Positions 10,253 through 20,911 of a DNA stretch of 64,000 nucleotides are shown here, piece by piece. This DNA is from a virus. Both the position numbers and the translations under genes were made by a program. Every line of letters begins with the position of its first letter. Position 1 is the first letter of the stretch. Location: the IMG/VR virus record IMGVR_UViG_3300021364_003460, positions 126,866-190,865 of that record; one strand, written 5' to 3'. The notes under the pieces are model-generated. The model saw only the letters and a program-made list of their open reading frames with translations. It did no database searches and was not told where the DNA came from.

Positions 10253-11457
10253 ATAGAGTAAACTCCTATCTCATACTCTATTACAGTCCCATTACTATCT
10301 CCTATAACTTTAAACTTTTTATTAGCAGTATTTGTTATTGTAATAGTTTCCACATCTTTAGCTTTAAAGATATTGGTATCCCAAACAAAAGTGTATGGAG
10401 TTGTTCCTTGAATAAAGTTAAAAGTATAGTAACCAGACTGTAAGTTAGTTAAAGTAAATGAGGTAACATCTCCTATTAAAGTTAAATCATATATATTAGC
10501 TAAACTGGCATCTATAGTTACTGCTCCTGATATATTCTGATTTACTCTAACATTACCTTGGAAACCAGTATACTGTTGACTCACATTAGTTTTAGCACTG
10601 TTTAGAAAAATGGTATCTACATAAGATTTAACTGCATTCTGAGTAGGATATAAAGTATCAGAAGTACCTAAACTAACTAAAGTAGATTTATTACTAACAT
10701 TCTCAGGAGTAAAAGCTAAAGTATTTTGTTTACTATCTAAAGCTGTTTGGGTAGCGGTGCTAATTGGTTTATCTAAATCAGAAGTATTATCTACATTATT
10801 TAGATTAACATCTGCTTTATCTAATGTAACTGCTCCTACCTTACCTGACACAGAACTAACGGCTTGAGTTACAGGAGCAGGAATATTAAGTAAATCATTA
10901 TAATCACCACTTACAGCTACTCCAGCAAAAGTAGGAATATTAATTAGATCATTGTAGTCTCCTGAGGTAGCTACAGTAGCTAAATCAGCAGAATCAACTT
11001 TATCTAGTAAACCAGGAACAGTAGGGTTATCAGCAGTACCAGCTAAATCACCAGCTAACTGAATAATACCTTTTAATAAAGAAGTAGCATCTGGAATAAT
11101 AATATTAGTTGCATTATTTATAGCTGTATTTACAAAAGCTGTAGTTGCTAGTTTAGTAGTATTGTCTCCATTAGCAGGAGTAGGAGCAGTAGGAGTGCCT
11201 GTAAAAGTAGGTGAGGTTAAGTTAGCTTTTGATATTAGACCTGGTACTGTTGGATTTAATGCAGTACCTCCTAAGTCACCTGTTAACCTAATACTTCCTA
11301 AAACACTAGAAGTAGCATTAGGTACAGTTGTAGTTATATTACTTCTTTTAACTTTGTAGTTAATATAAGTTCCATTCTCTTCCCTTACAAAAGGGAACTC
11401 ATCGTTGGCTTCTAATATAGTTTTTTCTTCTAATTGAGATATCTTTTTATCTGCCAT
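10249..11457 (-). CDS. Tail fibre / fibre-like virion protein
   Basis: MADKKISQL start; duplicated AT..G.I.L.GDL.GTA.NPTVPGL; SPTFTGTPTAPT..NTTKLATTAFV; duplicated SGDYNDL.NIP; VSSVSGKVGAVTLDKADV, all typical fibre repeats. Confidence 0.8.
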   Translation of the reverse strand: MADKKISQLEEKTILEANDEFPFVREENGTYINYKVKRSNITTTVPNATSSVLGSIRLTGDLGGTALNPTVPGLISKANLTSPTFTGTPTAPTPANGDNTTKLATTAFVNTAINNATNIIIPDATSLLKGIIQLAGDLAGTADNPTVPGLLDKVDSADLATVATSGDYNDLINIPTFAGVAVSGDYNDLLNIPAPVTQAVSSVSGKVGAVTLDKADVNLNNVDNTSDLDKPISTATQTALDSKQNTLAFTPENVSNKSTLVSLGTSDTLYPTQNAVKSYVDTIFLNSAKTNVSQQYTGFQGNVRVNQNISGAVTIDASLANIYDLTLIGDVTSFTLTNLQSGYYTFNFIQGTTPYTFVWDTNIFKAKDVETITITNTANKKFKVIGDSNGTVIEYEIGVYSI

Positions 11458-11458
11458 A

Positions 11459-11890
11459 TTATATTCTTTCTAAAACTAAAGTTAAAGTTAAATCTGTTGC
11501 TGCATTGGAGCTACTAATAGAAATAGTTAAATTGCTTCCACTTAAAACATTTAAACTAGGTGAGAAATTAGTATTTAATAAAGTAGTAGTAACTCCTATG
11601 TCTTGTCCTAATATACTTAACATACAAGTACCACTCTCAAGTATAGTAGTAGCTCTAGTTATATTAAAGCTATAAGGAGAGTTAAGTATAATGTTATGAG
11701 TTTTATCAATTAAACTTCCAGCAATAACTACAGTTAAAGGATCTGGATTAATTATTTGAGATTTAAGACTACTAAAATCTATAATCTTATTTCTATTTTC
11801 TAGTAAGACTTCTTCAGGGTCTACATAAGGGATAATACTATTATTAGTTATAATATTATCAGAAATAAATTCACTTATCTTTCTACTCAT
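11459..11890 (-). CDS. Small virion protein, probably fibre-associated
   Basis: MSRKISEF start resembles the KISQL motif of the next gene; beta-rich C-terminus. Confidence 0.55.
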   Translation of the reverse strand: MSRKISEFISDNIITNNSIIPYVDPEEVLLENRNKIIDFSSLKSQIINPDPLTVVIAGSLIDKTHNIILNSPYSFNITRATTILESGTCMLSILGQDIGVTTTLLNTNFSPSLNVLSGSNLTISISSSNAATDLTLTLVLERI

Positions 11891-11892
11891 AT

Positions 11893-14415
11893 TTATTCAG
11901 TTAATAATTCATTGTTATCTTCTAATAATAAATTAGATAAATCTGTATTTACTGTTCCAGTATCCTCAGTAAAGATAACTAAGTCTGTTTCTTGTAAAGT
12001 AGTATCCCCAATCTCTCCTAAAATTGTAGAACTGTTTATAGTAGCGTCTAATAGTAAATAGAAGTTTTCATTAATGTTTTCTTCTAAACAGTTAGTAGAT
12101 TCTACTATAAAGTTCTCTAAAGTAATGACTTCATTTAGAAAACCCTTGGTAGATATAGGTAAACTTTTCTTAGTTTCACTTTCAATAACTGTATTTATAG
12201 GTTGTAATGCAGTGACTTCTGCAATATTAGTAGAAGCATAGTTATTACCTATATAGTAGTTATTTCCTAATAATGTTTGGTTCTTAGTAGAATTTAACTT
12301 TAGTATCTGGTTATAAGGCTCTGAGTTAGAGTTAGCAACATTGAATCTATTAATTTTCTTAGACAACCCTACAAGAGTTATACTATCTTCTTTTCCTCCT
12401 AATACAGAGCTAATATAACTAAATAATTCAGAGTCTAATTCTTGAGGTAATCTAAAGAATCCTAAAGACTTAATATAGTTTAGTAATCTAAAACCTTTTA
12501 AAGAGTTTAAATAATTATTGGAGATTATGTCTTTACTAAAAACACTAAATGTAGAAAGACTATTTCCTATACTCTTTAGTAACTTATACACATTGCCAGT
12601 AAACTGTAAAGCTTTCTTAGAAAACCATCCATAATCAGTAGGTAAATCTAATAGCTTATTTAATACTAAACTTCTTTCAAATGACAAATTAGAAGTTAAA
12701 TAGTAATCTCCTTTTTGAATAACTTCTAAGTTATATAAGCTAGGATCACTTAAACAAGAACAAACATATACAAAAGTATTAGTAGACTCCACCTCATTTA
12801 AAGTATCTAAAAAAGTAGTTATATAGTTCTGTAGTTTAAGAGATAGGTAATATTGATTAAGTTGAGATAACTGCAATGAGTAAACTAAAAGCAGATTATT
12901 ATTACTGATATCTAGTAAAGAAGTATAGGGGTTAGTTAAAGTAGTAAAGTTTAAAGAAGTAGGATTATTTTCTAAATAGTCTTGAGATAATTTATTTAAG
13001 TTGATTATATTAACTCCATCTAAAGATTCTTTAACCACTCCATAATTAATTGTTAGATTACTTTCTATTTTAGTAATAAGACTTTCCACTACATCTGCTC
13101 TATTTACTAAATTACTAAATAGTAGACCATAAGATATATCTTCTATACTAGAAGTGTTAAACTCTTTCTTTTTAAAGTTATAGAATGTTGACCAAATAGC
13201 TTCTTCTAAATTGGTGGTTGTTTCTAAATAACTAGAGTTAACTGTGTAATCATAATGCTTAAGTAGAGCAATATAAACTACTACAGCAGTTGATAAGTTA
13301 TATTCTATTATTTCCTCTGACTCAGTTAATACATCTGTATGAGTCCATCCTTTAGTGGGTAAATTATTAGTAGTATTAATTTGATTTATTAAATAGAAAG
13401 CTAGTAAATCTAAAAAATACACGTACTGAGAATTATCTAAATAAAGGCTATAAGTATAAATTAACAGATAAAACCAAGCTATAGCTCTAGTAGACACTTC
13501 TCTAGATGAAGTTATGTATACAGGTTTGTTAACTAAACACTCATCTTCAACACATTCTTGTTCTACACATCTAGCTATATTATCTAAATAAAATTTATCC
13601 TCATAAAGTAAATCTGGAGTTAGATAAGTAGTAAGAGTCTTAGGAATACTGTTTAGCCTTCTAGAAGTTGACTTAAAATCTACTAAATCAGCAATAGCAC
13701 TTATATTATCTTCTATTATTTTCTTAATGTAAAAGTCTAATTCACCCTTAGTAAAATACTTTACAGTATTAGCTTCTATAGACTTGTAAGTAGAAAATAT
13801 TAAGTTAATTAACCCTTGGGATAGTAACTCTAAATCAGATTGCTGATCTTCAGCATTATACTCTAGTAAATATCCAACTTTAGCTCTAGTTATTCTTCTA
13901 TTATTTCTGTACTCTCCAAATGAATGTAAAACAGAGATAGCTTGGTTATAAGATACTTTTCTTAATACAGCTAACTTTATACCCTCAGGTAAAGAAATTC
14001 TAGATTTAAAGTAACCACTATTGTTAATAGGTACTGATTTATCTTTAATTAAAAAATCTCCTGTAGTAGAAGATATAATACCTAAGTCTAGTACCCAAAC
14101 ATTACCTTCTGAGTCTAAAGACCCCGCTATCCAATATTCAATAACTCCATCATTGTTTCTACTAATATCAGAAGTGATAGCAGTAGTCCATATACCTCCT
14201 CCAACTACACAACCTTCCTCTACACAAAAAGGGTCTAATACAGCTTCACTTGATAAATTAAGATTACTAATAATACCTTCTAAATAAGACCTATCTGTAA
14301 ACTGACTTCCTTTAGTAAACTTAAGAGTAATCTTATTACTATCAAATAGAGTAGACTCTCCTCCAGGTTGGTGTAAGTTAACTAATCTTTCATAGCATAT
14401 ATCTTGGGTAGACAA
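11893..14415 (-). CDS. Baseplate wedge protein (P2 gpI/T4 gp7-like region) with extra domains, 840 aa; TTG start
   Basis: Directly follows baseplate J; FRLPQELDSEL..I..VLGG resembles the gpI-type RLPxESD motif; central aromatic helical block; C-terminal LLLED motif. Confidence 0.5.
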   Translation of the reverse strand: MSTQDICYERLVNLHQPGGESTLFDSNKITLKFTKGSQFTDRSYLEGIISNLNLSSEAVLDPFCVEEGCVVGGGIWTTAITSDISRNNDGVIEYWIAGSLDSEGNVWVLDLGIISSTTGDFLIKDKSVPINNSGYFKSRISLPEGIKLAVLRKVSYNQAISVLHSFGEYRNNRRITRAKVGYLLEYNAEDQQSDLELLSQGLINLIFSTYKSIEANTVKYFTKGELDFYIKKIIEDNISAIADLVDFKSTSRRLNSIPKTLTTYLTPDLLYEDKFYLDNIARCVEQECVEDECLVNKPVYITSSREVSTRAIAWFYLLIYTYSLYLDNSQYVYFLDLLAFYLINQINTTNNLPTKGWTHTDVLTESEEIIEYNLSTAVVVYIALLKHYDYTVNSSYLETTTNLEEAIWSTFYNFKKKEFNTSSIEDISYGLLFSNLVNRADVVESLITKIESNLTINYGVVKESLDGVNIINLNKLSQDYLENNPTSLNFTTLTNPYTSLLDISNNNLLLVYSLQLSQLNQYYLSLKLQNYITTFLDTLNEVESTNTFVYVCSCLSDPSLYNLEVIQKGDYYLTSNLSFERSLVLNKLLDLPTDYGWFSKKALQFTGNVYKLLKSIGNSLSTFSVFSKDIISNNYLNSLKGFRLLNYIKSLGFFRLPQELDSELFSYISSVLGGKEDSITLVGLSKKINRFNVANSNSEPYNQILKLNSTKNQTLLGNNYYIGNNYASTNIAEVTALQPINTVIESETKKSLPISTKGFLNEVITLENFIVESTNCLEENINENFYLLLDATINSSTILGEIGDTTLQETDLVIFTEDTGTVNTDLSNLLLEDNNELLTE

Positions 14416-14416
14416 G

Positions 14417-15478
14417 TTAACCTCCTGTGTTTAAAGTTAAGTCTATATTTCTAATCTTTAGCAAAGTGTCTTTAGGTGTGGTTACTTTAGAAGCAGAAGG
14501 ATCAACTATTCTTATATCTCTAATACCTTGAATGTTAGAACAAAGTACAGTTAGGTTTACTGGATATAATTCCTGTCCTAATTCTAAACCTTCAAAGTAA
14601 TCAAAACATATCTGTCTAATATTATCTGAAACACTTTCTGCAAACTCTACTGAAGTTAAAGTTACTACAAATCTTAAGTCAATAAATGTGGTTTGAATTG
14701 ACTTAATTTCAAAAGCAGTACCTATAGGTTTTATTAGCATTAGACTTTCTTCTATTAAATCTATTAAAAATTGATCTAATGTGTTTACATAAACAGTAAA
14801 GTACCCTGTGACAGGATAACTTTCTTTAATAAAAAACTTAGTAATGTTAAGTTCATTTAACTTATTAATTACAGCATCTATAGTACCTTTAGATTGATTA
14901 TTAATTTGAGATATAATTCTGCTCCTGAAAGAAGTATCTGATTCAGGACTTCTACCTCCCTCTAATCCTCCTATGTAATTTCCAGTTAAGTCTACAGAGT
15001 TAGCAACTACAAACTTTACATTAGGGTAAAAAGGAGAAGTTAATACTGTACCTGCGTTAAGGTTAGCTAACTCTGTAGCTAATAAAGACGTAATAGGTAT
15101 GTAAGCTCCAATAGCTGTAGATATTGCAGATTGAGTAGTTTGAAACTGATAATTAATATTAGGAGAGTTGAGTATAGTATTAACTGGAATTGTAGTATCT
15201 ACAGTAGATGTAGTAAATACATAACCAGAAGCAAAGCTACCTTGATTTCTAGTAATATTAAAATCTCTAGCTCTAGCATCTAAGTTATCTCCAGTAGCAC
15301 TAGCTAAAAAACTGTTTAAGTAATAGTTATCTAAGTCAGAATATTGCTGACTTATAACTGCTCCTATACTTCTAAATATCATAAAGATATTACTATAATT
15401 AGTAAAAGAAGATAAGGGAGAGCCTAAATTAGCAAGGTTAGCTTTAAAAGAATTAATTATTTCTGTAATAGATTTCAT
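14417..15478 (-). CDS. Baseplate J / gp6-like wedge protein
   Basis: FLASATGDNLDARARDFNITR..ASG.V; GGRSPESDTSFRSRI; ELYPVNL..GI.D. Confidence 0.9.
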   Translation of the reverse strand: MKSITEIINSFKANLANLGSPLSSFTNYSNIFMIFRSIGAVISQQYSDLDNYYLNSFLASATGDNLDARARDFNITRNQGSFASGYVFTTSTVDTTIPVNTILNSPNINYQFQTTQSAISTAIGAYIPITSLLATELANLNAGTVLTSPFYPNVKFVVANSVDLTGNYIGGLEGGRSPESDTSFRSRIISQINNQSKGTIDAVINKLNELNITKFFIKESYPVTGYFTVYVNTLDQFLIDLIEESLMLIKPIGTAFEIKSIQTTFIDLRFVVTLTSVEFAESVSDNIRQICFDYFEGLELGQELYPVNLTVLCSNIQGIRDIRIVDPSASKVTTPKDTLLKIRNIDLTLNTGG

Positions 15479-15484
15479 TTCTTA

Positions 15485-15907
15485 TCATAAAGGTAAAGAT
15501 AATAAAGAGTTTGTAGTTTGCTGATTATAAGTATAACTAACCTCTATATCTAAAGAATCTAAAGTGTAGTTAATTATGTTAACTGAGTTAAAAGTTAACC
15601 CAGGTACGTCTCTAATTGAGTTTAAACATCTATTAATATCAGCTTGGGCTTCTACTATAAAAGATAAAGTTAAAGGTTCTGATAATTTACTATATAAAGG
15701 GTTGCCATAATTTTTATCTAACCATTTAATATTGTTTTCTAATATAGCTTTCTTTATATATCCTAAAGGGGTTTCTAAAGTTCTTCTAACTAATTTAGCT
15801 ATAAACTGGTCTGTAGTTTCAATAGATAAATCATAGTAGTAAACATCTTGATTATCATACTCTATCTTATCTATTGAGATATCTCCATAATCTAACAACA
15901 AATCCAT
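15485..15907 (-). CDS. Baseplate gp25/gpW-like sheath initiator
   Basis: 140 aa directly upstream of baseplate J; GDI...RR.L.TP.G...YGN.L...L.EP pattern. Confidence 0.6.
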   Translation of the reverse strand: MDLLLDYGDISIDKIEYDNQDVYYYDLSIETTDQFIAKLVRRTLETPLGYIKKAILENNIKWLDKNYGNPLYSKLSEPLTLSFIVEAQADINRCLNSIRDVPGLTFNSVNIINYTLDSLDIEVSYTYNQQTTNSLLSLPL

Positions 15908-16282
15908 TTACATTAATGTGATAGGTGGGTACATTGAATATGGTATTCCAATAGCTAGGTAAGGTGTAGGTTGAATTAAACCTACTGTAAGCTGTCCTAC
16001 TTTAGGTTGCTGATCAGATAACATAGTCCCTCTAATAGTATAGAAACCTGCATTAAGAGTATTATCAGTTTGATAGAGAAATAAAGTACCAGCAGGATTG
16101 CCTTGTATAACTTGCTCCCATATCTTTAATTCAGACTTACTACAATTAACCCAATCAAACAGAGGATTATTTTCAGAGTAATATATTTCTAATTTAATAA
16201 GATATCTAGAGTTAGTTTCTATAGCAGGGAAAAACACAGTTATACCTTTAGAAAGAAAAGGTAGTATATCAATTGGTTGCAT
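15908..16282 (-). CDS. Hypothetical virion-module protein (124 aa)
   Basis: ORF abutting its neighbours in the operon. Confidence 0.6.
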   Translation of the reverse strand: MQPIDILPFLSKGITVFFPAIETNSRYLIKLEIYYSENNPLFDWVNCSKSELKIWEQVIQGNPAGTLFLYQTDNTLNAGFYTIRGTMLSDQQPKVGQLTVGLIQPTPYLAIGIPYSMYPPITLM

Positions 16283-16283
16283 A

Positions 16284-19200
16284 TTAAGCTAGTAAATAAG
16301 AGTCAACAATATCAAGGTTAAGAGAGTTACCTATAGCTTCAGTATTAAATTTATAAAGAATACCTTCTTCATTTTCTAATACTATAGAAGAGTAAGATTT
16401 ATCATAGTAAGCTACACCAACATTAGAGACAACATTGTACTGCTCAATAACAAAAGTATAAACAGAGGGTGTATATTGAAAGTCAGTTTGGTAAGGTACT
16501 AAATACTCTCTATTAGATAGAGAATAAAAACCAGCCACTCTAAGCTGAACTAAATCATTTCTCTTAGGTAGTAAGTAAATATCAGATTTAAGAATATCAA
16601 AATTAGTTAATTTGAATACTATGCTCTGAGGTCTTAATTCTATTACTTCTATTTCTGATTGGAATAAATTAAGTTTAGGTAATTTAAAACAGGTATCTAA
16701 TACTAAGTTAGAATTAAGTATTCTTTTGTACTCAACTAAGTCTATCTCTTCATCTAACTCTTCATTAAGTTGGTTATTAATTTCTTTTAAAGTAAAATCA
16801 TCTAAGCTGTCTAAAGTATTTTTTAGTTCAGTCAATCTACCAGCATCTTCTAAAAAAGCAGCAGTATTCTTACCACTACTTAATCCATTAACAGAATCTA
16901 ATAAACCTTTAGCTTTATTAAAGAGGTCTAAGCAATTAAGAGCTATGCCTACTTGATCTATAGCAGGTATATTATATTCATTCATTAAATTTAATAAGTC
17001 TGGTAATAATTTAACAGATTCTACCAAACCTATTCCATCTTTAACTAAATTAAATACTTTGCTAATTGTGCCTGCTGTTTCTGCTCCTAATACTTGATCT
17101 AGTAATCCATTTAAATTATTACCTGTAAGAACAGATAATATATCTCCATTACTTATATCTTTTAGTAATCCTTCAATCCCTTTATAAATAGAAGTAGCTT
17201 GAGATATAAATTCATTACCTCCTAGTACACCCGCAATGTCATTTATGTAATCTGTAGGATTAATAGCCTGACCTAACTTTACTTTATTAAAGATATCTAA
17301 TAAAGCTGGACTGAGAGAACCAAAATCACCTAATACTGTAGATAATTTATCTGTAAGAACCCCTTCAACTTTATTTAGTAATAAGTCTCCTACTCCAGAC
17401 AAATCTCCAGATAACAAAGACTGACCTATACTTAATAAATCAGGATTATTAAGTAGCTGACCAAAAGGAGTACCCTGTAATGCTGATCCTAAAAAAGGTT
17501 TAGCTAAATTAAATATCTCTCCTAAATTACCTCCCTGTACTACATTAATAACGTTAGTTATATTATTAAACGCTCCAACGCCACTACTAATAAACCCAGA
17601 TATATTACCTATTGCTCCTAGAAAACCTATGGCAGGTAATACTGTTAAGTCTTTAACTAACTTAACTATTTGTTCTTTTAATGAAGGGTATTCTTGAATT
17701 AAAGTTAGTATTTGCTGGACTATGTTTTTATCCGCACTAACAAAGTCTTCAATAGTTAGTGCAAAGTTTTCTAACTTTTCTATAGATACTTTAAATAAAT
17801 CTATGTAGAATTGTGCGTATTTTAAAGTATCTATAGTAAAACTAGGAACTATATCTTTTACATAATTAGTAATTACTTCTGAGGTTACTAGGTCTTCTGG
17901 ACTACCTAAACTAACAGCTATTTCTTGAAGTAAATCATCTTCTTGTAAAAAGTTAATAAAGTTATTAAACGTATACAGAGTTTCATCAGTAGATAAGTTA
18001 ACTATGTTATCTTTAGACTCAGAAGTATACCTAGTTGGTAATACTCCTGCTGCTGTCTGCCAGGGTATAAACAATGCAGAATTACTATCAGAAGTAATTG
18101 AGCTTACAGAAGGAGGAGGCAACTTACCACTGAATATATTTTCTCCATTAGGATCATAATTAGGAAAGGTTTCTGAGTCTTTTGGTAACTCTACTTTGTT
18201 ATTAGCAGAAGGTACTGCTGGAGGCTTAACCTCAGCTTGGTTACTATCAAAAGATTGAAGATTACTAAAAGTATCTGGATTGAATACAGCATCTTCTGTA
18301 GTACCTCCAGTTAGTATAGGTTCTTGCTCAGGATTAAAATCTTCAAAAGTATTCTTATTTTTAACTCCACTAGGTAAACAATTCTCTAACTGTTGTTGAG
18401 GTAAACTAGGTAATACAGGTAGTGAAGGTATATCTATTATTTCAGCTTGACCTAAATCTATAATAGGAAAAGATAGTTTACCTAAAAAGGATCTACCTCC
18501 TATAGTATAAGTACCTCCTTGAGGGTTGCCAAAATAAGTAAATAACTTAGAAGTCATAGCTGCTCCTTTATCTCCTACAGTTAGATTTAGGTCAGCAGAC
18601 AAGCTAAATTGACTTCCTGTGGTAGAAGATAAAATACCCTGATTACTCATAACTAGCATATCAGAATAATCACTTGAAGAATTGATAATAGATATAGTTG
18701 TAGGGGGGCTTAAGTTTTCTATAATCTCTTCACCTGATGCAGCTATATCTGAGAGTATATTTGGTTTGGTAGATAAGATAGCTATATTACCATTACTTTG
18801 CATTCCCATGTCACCATAAGAAGCTATCTGTGCAGTGTCACCAGAAACAGCCAGCAGGGTATTATCAGCTATTACTTTGTTAACTTTACCTAAACTACTA
18901 TTTTCTTCTACTCCTACAGTTCTATTTACTTTAGCTATGTTGTCATTAGTTGCAGTAGCTACATTAAGAGAAGTTTGGGACTGACTAATCTTAGTACCCT
19001 CTACAAACTTAACATCTTGTTTAAACTGGTTAAAGTTAAAATCTGTAACTAAATTAATAGAATTATTACTCTGAATAGAAGTATCTTGAGCAGACAAACT
19101 AAAGAAAGGTGATCTATTAACAGTAGCAGTATCACTAACTATATGGACTGAGTTACCACTGTTGATAAGAGCATTGAAAGCTCCATTAATAATATGACCA

Positions 19201-19637
19201 TTAGCTAACTCTAAAGTCTTAGCATGAGTTTGAGCAATAGTAGTACATTTCTTATTAGTCTTATCAATACAATCTTTAATTTGATTACTATTAATAGCTG
19301 AAGGATTCTGAGATAACTCAGCAGCTACTTCTAACTTTTCTTTAATAGGATTAACTATAGCCTGACCTAATACATTAACAGCAGCAATAGCAGCATTAAT
19401 AATAGACTCAGGACTAACTACTCTAATAGGTTCAGCTAGTATCTGATTACTAATATACTTGTTACCTATATTCTGTTTATCTTTAATCTCTTCAGTAGTA
19501 GCTTTAGTAGCTGCATTAGATTGTTGGGTAGCTACATCTTTGTTAACCTCAGCAGTTTGTTTTAAAGTATTAGAATCAGCAACCTTAGATTTCTCTACAA
19601 CTGGTTGAGGTTTCTGTATATCTGATGGTTTTGTCAT
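16284..19637 (-). CDS. Large baseplate protein with gp5/VgrG-like beta-repeat region and glycine-rich amphipathic helical region, 1117 aa
   Basis: Residues ~135-290 have short alternating beta-repeats; the central region has hydrophobic/Gly helices (LPAIGFLGAIGNISGFISSGVG). Confidence 0.45.
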   Translation of the reverse strand: MTKPSDIQKPQPVVEKSKVADSNTLKQTAEVNKDVATQQSNAATKATTEEIKDKQNIGNKYISNQILAEPIRVVSPESIINAAIAAVNVLGQAIVNPIKEKLEVAAELSQNPSAINSNQIKDCIDKTNKKCTTIAQTHAKTLELANGHIINGAFNALINSGNSVHIVSDTATVNRSPFFSLSAQDTSIQSNNSINLVTDFNFNQFKQDVKFVEGTKISQSQTSLNVATATNDNIAKVNRTVGVEENSSLGKVNKVIADNTLLAVSGDTAQIASYGDMGMQSNGNIAILSTKPNILSDIAASGEEIIENLSPPTTISIINSSSDYSDMLVMSNQGILSSTTGSQFSLSADLNLTVGDKGAAMTSKLFTYFGNPQGGTYTIGGRSFLGKLSFPIIDLGQAEIIDIPSLPVLPSLPQQQLENCLPSGVKNKNTFEDFNPEQEPILTGGTTEDAVFNPDTFSNLQSFDSNQAEVKPPAVPSANNKVELPKDSETFPNYDPNGENIFSGKLPPPSVSSITSDSNSALFIPWQTAAGVLPTRYTSESKDNIVNLSTDETLYTFNNFINFLQEDDLLQEIAVSLGSPEDLVTSEVITNYVKDIVPSFTIDTLKYAQFYIDLFKVSIEKLENFALTIEDFVSADKNIVQQILTLIQEYPSLKEQIVKLVKDLTVLPAIGFLGAIGNISGFISSGVGAFNNITNVINVVQGGNLGEIFNLAKPFLGSALQGTPFGQLLNNPDLLSIGQSLLSGDLSGVGDLLLNKVEGVLTDKLSTVLGDFGSLSPALLDIFNKVKLGQAINPTDYINDIAGVLGGNEFISQATSIYKGIEGLLKDISNGDILSVLTGNNLNGLLDQVLGAETAGTISKVFNLVKDGIGLVESVKLLPDLLNLMNEYNIPAIDQVGIALNCLDLFNKAKGLLDSVNGLSSGKNTAAFLEDAGRLTELKNTLDSLDDFTLKEINNQLNEELDEEIDLVEYKRILNSNLVLDTCFKLPKLNLFQSEIEVIELRPQSIVFKLTNFDILKSDIYLLPKRNDLVQLRVAGFYSLSNREYLVPYQTDFQYTPSVYTFVIEQYNVVSNVGVAYYDKSYSSIVLENEEGILYKFNTEAIGNSLNLDIVDSYLLA

Positions 19638-20911
19638 GTAAGTAAATCAAACTCCACTAATTTATTATCTTCATCTAGCTGACTAAGTATTCTCAAGTTA
19701 CTACCTATAAGTTGTAAGTGATTAAGATTAGTTTTCTTTAAACAGTAACCAGCATAAAATATTAATTTGTAAACTCTATCCATTAAATTAATTAACTCTT
19801 CATTATTGTCTAAGGGGTAAAGGTTACTATCAGCAAATTGAGAATAAGTAAGTATATATGCTCTGTTAACTAACTCAGCAGCTATAGCAACTAACCATTG
19901 ATTTAAACCTCCTACTAAGTTAATAGAGAGTAATCTATAGCTTTCTGCTGTTATAAACTCAGAAGTATTGTTAACTCTAATCTTAGTAAATAGTTTATTT
20001 AGTAAATTCTCTTCTTGTGTAATATTAGTAGTAATCTCAAATTGCTTTTGTTTTCTCAAATTAACTATAGCTTGAATACTATCTAAAACTAATAAATCTA
20101 TTTCTTGGTGTAAAAACTTATAAGGTAGGTTATTAAAAGATTCTAAGAATAAACCCAATCTAACTACAGATTGAGACATCTCCACTAGTAAACTAAAAGA
20201 TTTGTAAGCTGAAGTATTCTCTTTGTAAGGGTTAATTATATTAACTTGACTGACTCCTGAATACCATACTAATAGTTCCTGAATCCATTCCTCATAAAAA
20301 GTTAACTGATTGATAGCTTTAACTAAGTCTAATTCTCTAATTAGAGAACTACTCATCTGATATAAATTATAGTCATCTGCTAACTTATTTGATCTAATAA
20401 AAGATAATACTTTAGTTGAGAAATCAGGTAACTCTAATTTTTTAACTAACTCCTCTATAGATAATCTAATAAGTTTACTAGGGTGAGCAAAGTGAAGGTT
20501 ACTCTGAAACAAATATAGATAGTAGCCTAAACTACCATAATTAGTTCCCCATACTTTGTAGTTAGTATAGTTAAGATTTTCTAAGTAAGTAGAATTTATA
20601 GGCTGAAAGTAGTTAGGGTCTGCTGTTTTCTTTTTACTGTAAAAAGAACTAAGCTTACTATTGTCTAAGTTAGATATAGTTGTAGTAGTTAATAGAATAT
20701 AAAGATAACTTTCTATTACTAAATTTAGAGTCTTAACTGTATTAGGTCTTTGTTGAATATTACTATTTAAAGTAGTTAAATAATCACTAATATTGTTTAG
20801 AGCTTGTGTAGTATTAAAAGCTAAGTTTAATTGATTTTTATACTCTATAGAATTAGAATCTTCTATAGGATTAATAGGTAGTTGATTTAAGTTCAGTTGT
20901 TTAAATTCCAT
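19634..20911 (-). CDS. Hypothetical helical protein (425 aa)
   Basis: Long ORF overlapping both neighbours. Confidence 0.7.
   Translation of the reverse strand: MEFKQLNLNQLPINPIEDSNSIEYKNQLNLAFNTTQALNNISDYLTTLNSNIQQRPNTVKTLNLVIESYLYILLTTTTISNLDNSKLSSFYSKKKTADPNYFQPINSTYLENLNYTNYKVWGTNYGSLGYYLYLFQSNLHFAHPSKLIRLSIEELVKKLELPDFSTKVLSFIRSNKLADDYNLYQMSSSLIRELDLVKAINQLTFYEEWIQELLVWYSGVSQVNIINPYKENTSAYKSFSLLVEMSQSVVRLGLFLESFNNLPYKFLHQEIDLLVLDSIQAIVNLRKQKQFEITTNITQEENLLNKLFTKIRVNNTSEFITAESYRLLSINLVGGLNQWLVAIAAELVNRAYILTYSQFADSNLYPLDNNEELINLMDRVYKLIFYAGYCLKKTNLNHLQLIGSNLRILSQLDEDNKLVEFDLLT

Noticed and set aside
10860-11320. Internal repeats in the fibre gene as a DNA-level repeat system or diversity-generating retroelement
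   Set aside because: Diverged protein-level fibre repeats; no reverse transcriptase or adenine-specific template/variable pair seen
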